Shown in pieces: positions 1 to 10,422 of a DNA stretch of 16,873 nt. Under the pieces are notes generated by a model, which did not search any database, was not told the DNA's origin, and worked only from the letters and a program-made list of their open reading frames with translations. The first letter of the stretch is position 1, and each line of letters starts with the position of its first letter. The position numbers were made by a program, and so were the translations under genes. Source of the stretch: Candidatus Eiseniibacteriota bacterium (GTDB lineage Bacteria > Joyebacterota > Joyebacteria > Joyebacterales > Joyebacteraceae). The DNA lies in NCBI GenBank assembly GCA_043819135.1, contig JBDRFG010000161.1:1-16873 (forward strand), given 5' to 3'.

Positions 1-806
1 AACGGGACACCTCTTGAGGCGCACGCGGACATGACGGTCTCGTCTCGGTCGGCGAGGTCCTGCTTCGTGAGCGCCAGTCCCCCGAGAAGGTCGTGCTCAT
101 ACGCGTCTGCGCCCGCCACGTAGAGGACCAGTTCCGGCGAGAACTCGCCGAATATCGTGTCGAGCGCGCCCTCGAGGTTGGAGAGATACAGGGGCCCGTC
201 CGCGCCATTGGGAAGGCCGATGTCGAGGTTGCTTGAGGGTTTGGCCATCGGGTAGTTCAGTTCCTGGTGGATCGAGAATGTGAAGACACGCTCGTCACCA
301 GCGAAGATCGCGGCGGTGCCGTTACCCTGGTGGACGTCGCAATCCACGGTGGCGACGCGCGCCGCCAGTTCATCCTCGAGTGCCCGGGCCACTCCCATCG
401 CCACGTCGTTGAGCACGCAGAACCCCTCACCGTGGTCCGGGAAGGCGTGATGGAGCCCGCCGGCTATGTTGACCCCGACACCTCGCTCGAACGATGACTT
501 GACGGCCGCCACTGTTCCTCCCGCCCCGAGAAACGACTTTTCGACCAGCTCTTTCGAATAGGGCAGCTCGAGCGTCGCTTCCTCGAGCGCGGAAAGGGTG
601 CCGTTCAATAGCTTCGCCACGTACATATCGGTGTGGACCAGAAGCGCATCCTCGACCGAGGCCGGCTCAGGCTCGACGAAGTCATCCAGCCGGGCGACGC
701 CCATCTTGAGCAGTTGCTCCTTCACCAACCGGTACTTCCTCATGGGGAAGATATGCGGGCCGATATCGGCCTGGTAGTTGTCGGAGTAGAACAGCACCGG
801 TCTCAT
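1..806 (-). CDS. Histone deacetylase family (Zn-dependent, HDAC11/class IV-like) protein, 3' end outside the window
   Basis: Not in the ORF track; translated by hand from ATG at 806 (AGGAG RBS upstream): MRPVLFYSDNYQADIGPHIFPMRKY...NIAGGLHHAFPDHGEGFCVLND...VDCDVHQGNGT...LYVAGADAYEHDLLGGL. These are the HDAC catalytic and Zn-binding motifs. The frame is open at position 1. Confidence 0.93.
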   Translation of the reverse strand, partial: MRPVLFYSDNYQADIGPHIFPMRKYRLVKEQLLKMGVARLDDFVEPEPASVEDALLVHTDMYVAKLLNGTLSALEEATLELPYSKELVEKSFLGAGGTVAAVKSSFERGVGVNIAGGLHHAFPDHGEGFCVLNDVAMGVARALEDELAARVATVDCDVHQGNGTAAIFAGDERVFTFSIHQELNYPMAKPSSNLDIGLPNGADGPLYLSNLEGALDTIFGEFSPELVLYVAGADAYEHDLLGGLALTKQDLADRDETVMSACASRGVP

Positions 807-905
807 GACGTGGAACTCCTGTGAGTGTTCTGATGGTCCCGAATCGCCGACGGCCGCCCGGCGTTCACCGCGCCCACGACGCTTCGTCCGTCTCCTGCCC
901 CGCGT

Positions 906-1982
906 TCACTGTGCTTCCGACGCTTCGCCTGTCATCCGTCCCGCCTCTTCTCCGTCGGCGGCTTCTGCTTCGCCTTCTTCTCCGAAGAGGATCCACGCGG
1001 GCGCGTCAGCACCCTCCGCTCTGGCCGGCGTGAACCGCCACGCGCCGACCGCGTTCGTCACCGGCGTCAGTTCTTCATCGGTGACCGCCGTGATCGGGAC
1101 CACCTCAACGGGGAGCCCGTCCGCGTTCACCAGGATCTCGAGTCGGAGCTTCCCCTCCCCCAGAGCCACCAGCGCCTCCGACGTGTCCGCCGGGGCGACC
1201 CATCTCGACAGGAGCGGGAGCGTGTCGTACTCGACGGCCGTGTCCGCCCGCGATGCGGACAACTCGATCGGCCGCACGTACGGCTCGAGTTCCGGGTGTG
1301 TTCTCGGATCCGGGAATCCGGGCAGGAGCATCGCCGTGCGGACGTTCGGATCTACGGCCAGCGCTTTGGCCAGTTCGGCCTCGGCGTCGAGCCACTCGAC
1401 ACCGGAGTCGGTCGCCAGTTCGTGCAGCCGGAAGTACGCGCGTCCCGCGTTCTCCGACATCGGGCCCACCACGTCGGCGTACGCGCGGTAGAGGCGATCG
1501 GCCTCCCTCGTGCGTCCCTGAAGCTGCACGGACGTTGCCAGGCCGAGCAGCGCGTCCGCGTCGACGGAGCCGGGCAGGTCGGCCGACGACGCGCGCCCGG
1601 ATGCCAGCGCGCGCGCGCGTTCCTCCCCCACCGCCACAGCGAACTCCGCCTCCGCTTCTCCGAACCGCCCCCCTCTCAGAAGGGCGACCGCCAGCGCCCC
1701 CCGCGCCAGGGCGTGTCCCGGCTCGAGACGGACGGCAGCGCGGAGTTCGTCGAGCCCCGCGCGCATCTCTGACCCCGCGGAGTGTACGATCCCGCGCGCG
1801 AGAAGCGCCTCGACCGAGGGGTCTCCAGGCAGTCCTGAGGCCTGCCCCCACGCGGTGGAGGCGATCGACGTGGATGCCACGACAGCTGCGGCGAGCAGCG
1901 CGGAGCGCACCGCCGTCGCCCACACGCCACCAGCGTCCTTCCAGCGTCCCAAATTCGCCCTCTGTCGCATGTTACGCCCCAA
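906..1982 (-). CDS. Exported TPR-repeat protein with C-terminal TonB_C-like domain
   Basis: GGGGAGG RBS 5 nt before TTG start; hydrophobic signal-like stretch ending AWG-Q; TPR-like helices (AAVRLEPGHALARGALAVALLRGGRFGEAEAEF); C-terminal LRLEILVNADG...AVGAWRFTPARAEG pattern typical of TonB C-terminal domains; acidic tail. Start codon uncertain. Confidence 0.65.
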   Translation of the reverse strand: MGRNMRQRANLGRWKDAGGVWATAVRSALLAAAVVASTSIASTAWGQASGLPGDPSVEALLARGIVHSAGSEMRAGLDELRAAVRLEPGHALARGALAVALLRGGRFGEAEAEFAVAVGEERARALASGRASSADLPGSVDADALLGLATSVQLQGRTREADRLYRAYADVVGPMSENAGRAYFRLHELATDSGVEWLDAEAELAKALAVDPNVRTAMLLPGFPDPRTHPELEPYVRPIELSASRADTAVEYDTLPLLSRWVAPADTSEALVALGEGKLRLEILVNADGLPVEVVPITAVTDEELTPVTNAVGAWRFTPARAEGADAPAWILFGEEGEAEAADGEEAGRMTGEASEAQ

Positions 1983-2118
1983 GCTGACCTCCCCATAGCT
2001 ACGACCTCGGAGAACCGCCGCCAGAGACGTTTTCCGTGAGCCGTGTCAATCCTGGCACCTTGACCATTGCGCGCTTTCGGGTGGCTCCGTGGGACCGCCC
2101 GGACCCCGTTTCACGCTA

Positions 2119-2679
2119 TCAGTACATTCTCGGTGGACGCCACCTGACCGGCTCGTGTCGCGGCGGATAGCTCACTCGCGCCTTCCTGTCGGAGAGGATC
2201 CTGCGCGTTCCCTCGAAGATGTCTCTGAAGAGATTCCCGGGGTACTCCCACTCGTACGGCGTCTTGCTTCCGCAGGACGGGCAGACGACCTCGATGGACG
2301 CGCGGACGTGTGTGACGTCGCCCGGTCTCGTGATCGTCGTCCTGACGCGGTAGACAGGTAGACGTCCCGGAGCCGGCTCACCGGCTCCTCTTCCGACGTA
2401 GGGCACTTGCTGCTTCGTCCCGACGATGGTGCCGGCCCCGCCGGCGTCCGGGCTAATCGCGATCCTGGCGCCTCGCATCGCCTTGCTGATGGCGGCCCTG
2501 ACCTCCGGTACTGAGCTTCCGTACCACGCCTCAGCGGTCATGTCGGGCGGAGGCGTCGTCGAGACGAACGTGGCCGGGGCGCCGCACCCGCTCAGCGCGA
2601 GAAGAAGGAACAGGCCGCAGGCTCCTGCCGCGACGACGACCCGAGCTGCCCGTCCCGTCGCCGTCGTCAACTGACTCAT
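2119..2679 (-). CDS. Putative lipoprotein of unknown function with a CxxC motif
   Basis: Hydrophobic N-terminus with lipobox LSG-C; CPSC motif; GGAGGTGAAGGAAGGA upstream; ATGA overlap with the preceding gene. Confidence 0.7.
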   Translation of the reverse strand: MSQLTTATGRAARVVVAAGACGLFLLLALSGCGAPATFVSTTPPPDMTAEAWYGSSVPEVRAAISKAMRGARIAISPDAGGAGTIVGTKQQVPYVGRGAGEPAPGRLPVYRVRTTITRPGDVTHVRASIEVVCPSCGSKTPYEWEYPGNLFRDIFEGTRRILSDRKARVSYPPRHEPVRWRPPRMY

Positions 2680-3362
2680 CGGGTCCTTCCTTCACCTCCC
2701 CCGGGATCGGAGTGGGTTCGCGCCGACAGGTGCTCTCGAATCGCACCCTCGGCGCGTCTGAGATGGGGCCATCCCGCCGCCGCCAGACTCTGGTTGACCG
2801 CCTGACGCGAGACAGCGAGGTGTGTGGCGACCTGCTGCTGCGTCTCGCTCTCTTTGATCAGCGAGATGATCTGGCGTTGTCGTACCGTCATTGCATCGTA
2901 CGACGTCAGCACCATGTCGGCAAGCGACGAAGCGAGTGGATCGTACGCGGGCGCCAGGATGGTCACCCGATGTTCTTTGACGTCGGTCTCCTCGACACCG
3001 TGCAGGGCAAGCGATGCAGCCGCCTCGGCCGCGAGCAGAGACGACTCCAACCGGTCCGGCGATGTCGCCTCCTGAGTCCCCACGCCAGCCGATGCGGCCG
3101 CGCAGAAGGTCGTTCCGTGCGGCCGAAGCTCGTCCGCGACCGAGAGTATCGCCTCGAGAATCGCACCGGGCGCGCTCAACGCAAGCAGAAGCGTTCCCTC
3201 GGAAGACACAGACGAGGGGCCCGTCAGCATTTCCGGGTTCTTGCGGCCGAGCGATGCGGCCGCCTCTCTCAGGGCTCGGACGGTCGCCTCGTCGCCGGAC
3301 GGCGCGCCCCCTCTCGGGTGAGCGCGCACGGCCAGCGCCACCGCCTTGGTGCCTGTCACCAT
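2676..3362 (-). CDS. SatD-like protein with C-terminal helix-turn-helix
   Basis: C-terminus MTVRQRQII...TQQQVATHLAVSRQAVNQSLAAAGW resembles the SatD-family HTH tail; N-terminus diverged; fills the gap between operon genes. Confidence 0.6.
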   Translation of the reverse strand: MVTGTKAVALAVRAHPRGGAPSGDEATVRALREAAASLGRKNPEMLTGPSSVSSEGTLLLALSAPGAILEAILSVADELRPHGTTFCAAASAGVGTQEATSPDRLESSLLAAEAAASLALHGVEETDVKEHRVTILAPAYDPLASSLADMVLTSYDAMTVRQRQIISLIKESETQQQVATHLAVSRQAVNQSLAAAGWPHLRRAEGAIREHLSARTHSDPGGGEGRTR

Positions 3363-3385
3363 GTCATTGGTCCTGGTGTGGTCGG

Positions 3386-3640
3386 CTACTCGATGATCCT
3401 GAAGACGACGTCGTGTTCGCGCACCTTATCGGGCACCCTGATGCCGACGTTGTCGCCGGCACTGGCTTCTTCGAGCGAATCGTGCTCGATCTGGATCGAC
3501 TCGACGACAACCTCGAAGTCGGTTGTGTGTCCCTGTATCGAGATCTTGTCGCCTACCCGTAGACCGTCCGTCAGAACGATGGCCGCGACCTGGGGCTTCC
3601 TGAAGTAGTGAGCGACCCGTCCTATCTCCCTCTTCTCCAT
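3386..3640 (-). CDS. Small translation elongation factor-like (EF-Tu domain II / U32 C-terminal-type beta-barrel) protein
   Basis: IGRVAHYF...LRVGDKISIQGHTTDF...VESIQIEH...AGDNVGI...VREHDVVF pattern; GAGGAGGTG RBS. Confidence 0.85.
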   Translation of the reverse strand: MEKREIGRVAHYFRKPQVAAIVLTDGLRVGDKISIQGHTTDFEVVVESIQIEHDSLEEASAGDNVGIRVPDKVREHDVVFRIIE

Positions 3641-3665
3641 CGCACACCTCCTCTCGTCTCTCCGA

Positions 3666-4436
3666 CTATCGGCTTCTCTCGACGCAGGCGAACGCGTTGT
3701 GGTCGTGGACGCTCTCCAGATTTTCCGCTTCGACGCGATACCAGTGCACTCGGACGTCCGAGTCCAGTCGCTCCGCCGCGTTTCTGGCGAGGTCCTCGAC
3801 GAACACGGGATTCTCGTAAGCCGTCTCGATCACCGACCGCTCGTCGTCACCCTTCAGAAGCGCGAACACGGGGCCGCTGGCGCTGTCCTCGATGAGCTCG
3901 ACCAGCTCCTCGATCCACATGTGTCCGTCGACCCGGACCGATACGGCGACGTGCCCCCTCTGGCTGTGCGCGGGTCCTCCGGTGGCTTCCATCGAGCAGG
4001 GGCATACGGACAGGACCGGCGCCTGGACGGTCAGCATCATGTCGAATGACTCGTCGAGCGTGGCCTCGATCGCGACGGGGATTCCAAGAAGACTGGCTGC
4101 GCCCGATACCGGCGCCTTCCGTTCCACGAAGAAGGTGAACTCGAGTTCGAGGTGAGCGGTCGAGGTGCACACGGCCTCCCGCAGCCCGGTCAGGATGGCC
4201 TCGAGGTTCTCCGCAGTGAGTGTCGTTCCTCCGAACCCGTGAAAGACCTCCACGAGACGGCTCATGTGGATGCCGCGGGATTCCTGGGCCAGCTCCACGA
4301 AGAGGCCGACCGTGGCAACGGTCTCCTGCGTGCCGTTCGTTCTGTCGGGCACGGTGATGGGGTAGACCAGATTGGTAACGCCGACGCGGTCGAGGGGTAT
4401 CTCCCTGTCGTCACGGTTGTCCTGGATGTTCGCCAT
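3666..4436 (-). CDS. folE2: GTP cyclohydrolase IB (FolE2)
   Basis: Motifs IPLDRVGV, RGIHMSR, SVCPCS, AHSQR, NPVFVED, ENLESVHDHNAFA. Confidence 0.95.
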   Translation of the reverse strand: MANIQDNRDDREIPLDRVGVTNLVYPITVPDRTNGTQETVATVGLFVELAQESRGIHMSRLVEVFHGFGGTTLTAENLEAILTGLREAVCTSTAHLELEFTFFVERKAPVSGAASLLGIPVAIEATLDESFDMMLTVQAPVLSVCPCSMEATGGPAHSQRGHVAVSVRVDGHMWIEELVELIEDSASGPVFALLKGDDERSVIETAYENPVFVEDLARNAAERLDSDVRVHWYRVEAENLESVHDHNAFACVERSR

Positions 4437-4491
4437 GGTGCGGGCCTCGTGCCAGCGTTAGGTTGGGAATTCCGGTGTCTGGTGTGCAGCA

Positions 4492-4521
4492 AGCGTAGTC
4501 CCGGGGGCGCCGGGGCGTCAA
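4492..4521 (-). promoter_or_regulatory. Putative sigma70 promoter for folE2 and downstream genes
   Basis: TTGACG (4521-4516), 18-nt spacer, TACGCT (4497-4492), 55 nt upstream of the folE2 ATG. Confidence 0.5.
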
Positions 4522-4552
4522 GCGGAAAGCCTTGCGCGGGATTGTTGCACGG

Positions 4553-4636
4553 GCGCGGCGCACCCTGCCCTCCGCCGCGAGTTCGGCGCGCCGGCGCCGC
4601 ATGCCTGAGCGCCGGGGGGCAGGGTCTGCGCCACGC
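4553..4636. repeat. Structured palindromic element, copy 1 (3' of purA)
   Basis: Core 4562-4625 ACCCTGCCCTCCG...CGGGGGGCAGGGT plus outer stem GCGCGGCGC/GCGCCACGC; arms homologous to the copy at 6527-6655. Confidence 0.85.
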
Positions 4637-4646
4637 TCGGGAAGTG

Positions 4647-6490
<1,844 letters not shown>

Positions 6491-6526
6491 AAGGTTTTTC
6501 CCTCGCTTCGAGTACGAGTGCGGAGG

Positions 6527-6655
6527 GCGGCGTGCCCTGACACCCGCCGCGAGTTGGACGCGAAGCGTCGACTGTCTGGGCGCGGCCCCGATGGCCCGAT
6601 CGCCCTCTGCTCCGCGCCGTGTGTCTGAGCGCCGGGGGTCAGGGCCCGTCGCCAC
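6527..6655. repeat. Structured palindromic element, copy 2 (between purH and purE)
   Basis: Core 6534-6645 GCCCTGACACCCG...CGGGGGTCAGGGC, with the same internal motifs as copy 1 and 48 extra nt at the tip. Confidence 0.85.
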
Positions 6656-6662
6656 ACGCCCC

Positions 6663-8231
6663 CTAGTGCTTGAAGTGCCGCATGCCCGTGAAGACCATCG
6701 CTATGTTCCGCTCGTTGGCCGCCTTGATGGCGTCCTCGTCTCCCTTCGAGCCACCGGGCTGGATGATCGCCGTGACCCCGGCGTCGGCGGCCGCGTCGAC
6801 CGCGTCCCGCATCGGGAAGAAGGCGTCGGACGCGAGCACGCTGCCCTTGACCCTGTCCCCCGCCTTCCAGACCGCGAGTACGCTGGCGTCGACCCTGCTC
6901 ATCTGGCCCGCCCCGATTCCCACCGTCTGCTTGCCCCGCACCAGGACGATGGCGTTCGAGCGCACATGCTTGACCGCGCGCCACGCGAAGCGAAGCGATT
7001 CCATCTCATCGTCGGTGGGCCTCCGCTCTGTCACGGTCTTGAGTGCATCCGGACGGACGTCCTCCGTGTCGACATCCTGTAGAAGGAGCCCTCCGCAGAG
7101 CATTGACCTCATCTGCTTCTGGGGTCTCAGCTCGTAGCGGCTCAGGTCCGGGAAGTGGGCCTTCATGATCCGTCGGTTCTTCTTCTTGCTCATGAGTTCC
7201 AGCGCGTTCCGGAAGTAGTCCGGCGCTATCACGGCCTCGACGAAGTGGGTGTCGTGTATGAGCTGCGCCGCCTCCATGTCGACCGTCCGGTTGAGCGCGA
7301 TGACGCTCCCGAAGGCCGACGCGGGGTCGCACGCCAGAGCGAGTTCGTAGGCCTTCGCTATGGTCATGGCCGAGGCGACTCCACACGGCGTCGAGTGTTT
7401 GATGACGGCGGCCGTCGGCTCGGGGAAATCACGCACGATGGCGAGCGCCGCGTCCAGGTCAATCAGATTGTTGTAGGAGAGCTCCTTGCCCGACATCTGC
7501 TCGGCCGTGACCACGCAGGGCTCCGGGCTTCCCGTGCACGTGTGGTAGACCGCGGCCTTCTGATGAGGATTCTCGCCGTAGCGGAGCTCTCGGGAGCGTT
7601 CGTACTCGAGGTTGAGAAAAGTCGGAAAGTCCTCATCCGGTTCCGTCGCCTCGGATAGATACCGGTGGATGGCCCTGTCGTAGCGCCGCGTCATGCCGAA
7701 CGCCTCGACGGCGAGCTTGCGCCGCGCTTCCGTCGGGAGCGTAAGACCGTTCTCTCTGAGCAGCCCGAGGATCCAGTCGTACTGGTCCGGCCGGCTGACG
7801 ATGACGACGTTCGCGAAGTTCTTAGCCGACGCCCGGAGCAGCGTGACTCCGCCGATGTCGATCTCCTCGAGCGCGTCCGCGAGCGTTGCCCCCTCCTGCG
7901 CCACTATCTTTTCGAACGGGTAGAGGTTGACGACGACCATGTCGATGGCCTCGATCCCCTCTCGCGCGAGCGTGGCGACGTGGGTCTCCTTCTCGGGCAG
8001 CGACAGAATAGCTCCGTGGATGCGGGGGTGCAGCGTCTTGACGCGACCGTCCAGGATCTCCGGCGCGCCGGTCAGATCAGAGACCTCACGGCACGGGATC
8101 TCGGCGGCCCGCAGGATGCGCGCGGTGCCTCCCGTCGACACTATCTCCACACCCATTTCGAAGAGCGCCCTGGCGAATTCGACGACGCCCGTCTTGTCCG
8201 ACACGCTGACCAGTGCTCGCTGCATGCTCAT
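6663..8231 (-). CDS. purH: Bifunctional AICAR transformylase / IMP cyclohydrolase
   Basis: RALVSVSDK, STGGT, GRVKTLHP, IDIGG, LRYGENPHQ, GAGQMSRVD, ASDAFFP, IIQPGGS, TGMRHFKH. Start at ATG 8231, overlapping the purF stop (ATGA); 522 aa. Confidence 0.97.
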   Translation of the reverse strand: MSMQRALVSVSDKTGVVEFARALFEMGVEIVSTGGTARILRAAEIPCREVSDLTGAPEILDGRVKTLHPRIHGAILSLPEKETHVATLAREGIEAIDMVVVNLYPFEKIVAQEGATLADALEEIDIGGVTLLRASAKNFANVVIVSRPDQYDWILGLLRENGLTLPTEARRKLAVEAFGMTRRYDRAIHRYLSEATEPDEDFPTFLNLEYERSRELRYGENPHQKAAVYHTCTGSPEPCVVTAEQMSGKELSYNNLIDLDAALAIVRDFPEPTAAVIKHSTPCGVASAMTIAKAYELALACDPASAFGSVIALNRTVDMEAAQLIHDTHFVEAVIAPDYFRNALELMSKKKNRRIMKAHFPDLSRYELRPQKQMRSMLCGGLLLQDVDTEDVRPDALKTVTERRPTDDEMESLRFAWRAVKHVRSNAIVLVRGKQTVGIGAGQMSRVDASVLAVWKAGDRVKGSVLASDAFFPMRDAVDAAADAGVTAIIQPGGSKGDEDAIKAANERNIAMVFTGMRHFKH

Positions 8232-9652
8232 CCCGAATCTCCCCCCCCGGCGACTGCAACGCCGCCCTCCATGACGCACTCGTGTGGGTAGCTGCCGTCA
8301 AAGCAGGCCACGCAATAGTTCTTCCTCGGCGGCGGGGCCGCCGCCAGCAGTCCGTCGAAGGACAGGTAGCCCAGCGAGTCGACGCCTATGAACTTCGCGA
8401 TCTCAGGAACCGCATTGACCGACGCTATGAGTTCTTCGCGCGTCGGAGTGTCTATGCCGTAGAAGCAGGGGAACCTGATGGGCGGCGACGCCACGCGGAG
8501 GTGTATCTCCCGTGCGCCCGCGTCTCTTATCATCCGCATCAGTTTCTGGCTGGTCGTGCCCCGGACTATGGAATCGTCCACCACAACCACGCTCCTCCCC
8601 GCCAGCGAGTCGGCGACGGGGTTGTACTTGATCCGGACGTTCAGATCGCGCAGCGACTGCTTCGGGTGGATGAACGTACGTCCGATGTAGTGGTTCCTGA
8701 TGAGCCCGATCTCGAGGGGGATGCCCGACGCCTCGCTGTAGCCCATCGCCGCCGAGTTGCTCGAGTCGGGCACCGAGATGACTATGTCGGCGTCCGCGGG
8801 ATGCTCGCGCGCGAGGTTCCGGCCGAGATTGCGCCTGACGTGGTCGACCGACACGCCGCCGATGAAAGAGTCCGGCCTCGAGAAGTAGATGTACTCGAAG
8901 ATGCAGAAGCTCCTGGGCCCGCCGGCGGAGTCGAGCCAGTAGGACTTCGGACCCGAGCCGTTCAGCACCACTATCTCACCCGGCTTGACCTCTCTCTCGA
9001 GTTCCGCGTCGACGATGTCGAGCGCGCAGCTCTCGGAGGCGACGGTCCATCCGCCGCTCTTTACCTTGCCGAAGCACATGGGGCGGTACCCGCGCGGGTC
9101 CCTGACCGCCACGAGCCGCCCGTCTATCATCAGTACGAGTGAGTATGCGCCCTCGACGCCCGCCAGCGCCTCGTTGAGTATCGCGGGTATATCATCGACG
9201 TTGCCGGGGGCCCTCCTGGAATACGCGCGCGCGACCAGGTGGAGAATGGTCTCGGTGTCCGTCGTCGTCCTGAAGATGGCGCCCTTCGCTTCCAGCGCAG
9301 CGCGCACGCTGTCCGAGTCCACGAGCGTGCCGTTGTGCGCCGCGCCCAGTGTTCCTCCCCGGAAGCGCACGACTATCGGCTGCGCGTTGTTGAGCTTGCT
9401 CTGCCCGGTGGTCGAGTAGCGGACGTGCCCGATGGCGACGTGCCCGGGCAGCTTTTCGAAGGTGGCCTCGTCGGCGAACACGCGGTTCACGAGCCCCATC
9501 GCCTTGTGTTGGGACGCCCTCTCGCCGTCCCACGTGACGATGCCCGCGCTCTCCTGGCCACGATGCTGCAGCGCGTACAGACCCAGGTAGGCCAGCCGCG
9601 CCGCGTCGGGGTTCCCGGCTATCCCGAATATGCCGCACTCCTCATGCCACAC
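8228..9652 (-). CDS. purF: Amidophosphoribosyltransferase (propeptide and Fe-S type)
   Basis: EECGIFG (N-terminal nucleophile Cys after a short propeptide), LQHRGQESAG, GHVRYST, VVVDDSIVRGTT, and Fe-S-type cysteines in FCIFE, PCFYGID and CVAC. Confidence 0.97.
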   Translation of the reverse strand: MWHEECGIFGIAGNPDAARLAYLGLYALQHRGQESAGIVTWDGERASQHKAMGLVNRVFADEATFEKLPGHVAIGHVRYSTTGQSKLNNAQPIVVRFRGGTLGAAHNGTLVDSDSVRAALEAKGAIFRTTTDTETILHLVARAYSRRAPGNVDDIPAILNEALAGVEGAYSLVLMIDGRLVAVRDPRGYRPMCFGKVKSGGWTVASESCALDIVDAELEREVKPGEIVVLNGSGPKSYWLDSAGGPRSFCIFEYIYFSRPDSFIGGVSVDHVRRNLGRNLAREHPADADIVISVPDSSNSAAMGYSEASGIPLEIGLIRNHYIGRTFIHPKQSLRDLNVRIKYNPVADSLAGRSVVVVDDSIVRGTTSQKLMRMIRDAGAREIHLRVASPPIRFPCFYGIDTPTREELIASVNAVPEIAKFIGVDSLGYLSFDGLLAAAPPPRKNYCVACFDGSYPHECVMEGGVAVAGGGDSG

Positions 9653-9717
9653 AGTGCCATCCCTTCGTCGGGCGTGCGCTCCAGGCTTCGAGCGTCGCGC
9701 GCCGGACGCTCCCGGCT

Positions 9718-10422
9718 CTACGACGAGACTCTCTCCAGCACCTCGGTGTAGGCCTCAATGAACCCGCCCAGGTCCTGGCGGAAGCGGTCCTTGTCCATTA
9801 TTTCGCCGGTCTTCGCGTCGTGGAAGCGACAGGTGTCGGGTGAGATCTCGTCCCCGAGCACGACCTCGCCGTCCCTGGTTCCGAACTCCAGCTTGTAGTC
9901 GACGAGCACCATGTTTCGCTGCTCGAGGAAGTTCCTCATCACGACGTTGACCGTGAGCGCGTTGCGCCTCATCTGGTCGATCTGCTCCACGGTCGCGAGG
10001 CCCATCACTCTGATGTGGTCCTCCGTGATGATCGGGTCGTGCAGAGCGTCATCCTTCAGGTAGAACTCGACGATCGGAGGGTCGAACCGCTCCCCGGCCT
10101 TGATCCCGAGACGCCTCGTGAGCGAGCCGGCGGCGACGTTCCGCACGACGACCTCGACCCGGAGCATCTCGAGCCGCTCGACGACCATCTCGTTGTCCGA
10201 GATCTTCTCGATGAAGTGTGTCCGGACGCCCTCGTCCTTCAGGAGGCCGAACAGGTGCGACGAGATCCTGTTGTTCAGGACGCCCTTGCCCGCGATGACC
10301 TCATGCTTCGTGCCGTCGAAAGCAGTCGCGTCGTTCTTGAACTCCTGGACCATGTAGCCGGGCGAGTCCGTCTCCCACAGGATCTTTGCCTTGCCCTCGT
10401 AGAGCGGCTTCGTCTTCTTCAT
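9718..10422 (-). CDS. purC: SAICAR synthetase
   Basis: LYEGKAK, EVVVRNVAAGS, LVDYKLEFG, GDEISPDTCR, DKDRFRQDLG. Confidence 0.98.
   Translation of the reverse strand: MKKTKPLYEGKAKILWETDSPGYMVQEFKNDATAFDGTKHEVIAGKGVLNNRISSHLFGLLKDEGVRTHFIEKISDNEMVVERLEMLRVEVVVRNVAAGSLTRRLGIKAGERFDPPIVEFYLKDDALHDPIITEDHIRVMGLATVEQIDQMRRNALTVNVVMRNFLEQRNMVLVDYKLEFGTRDGEVVLGDEISPDTCRFHDAKTGEIMDKDRFRQDLGGFIEAYTEVLERVSS

Noticed and set aside
807..905. Spacer before the deacetylase as a third copy of the element
   Set aside because: Only short GC hairpins; lacks the GCGAGTT and CTGAGCG motifs.
2053..2070. TGGCAC...TTGC on the plus strand
   Set aside because: Spacing is 3 nt too long for a sigma54 promoter and there is no plus-strand gene downstream.
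4439..4454. Sigma54-like TGGCACG-N4-CCGCA on the minus strand
   Set aside because: Poor -12 element, and the implied start site would fall inside folE2.
6491..6655. 55-aa N-terminal extension of PurE
   Set aside because: It runs through the repeated hairpin; the PurE fold and an RBS begin at ATG 6490.
8232..8279. N-terminal extension of PurH
   Set aside because: Lies inside purF; the coupled ATG at 8231 fits the family N-terminus better.
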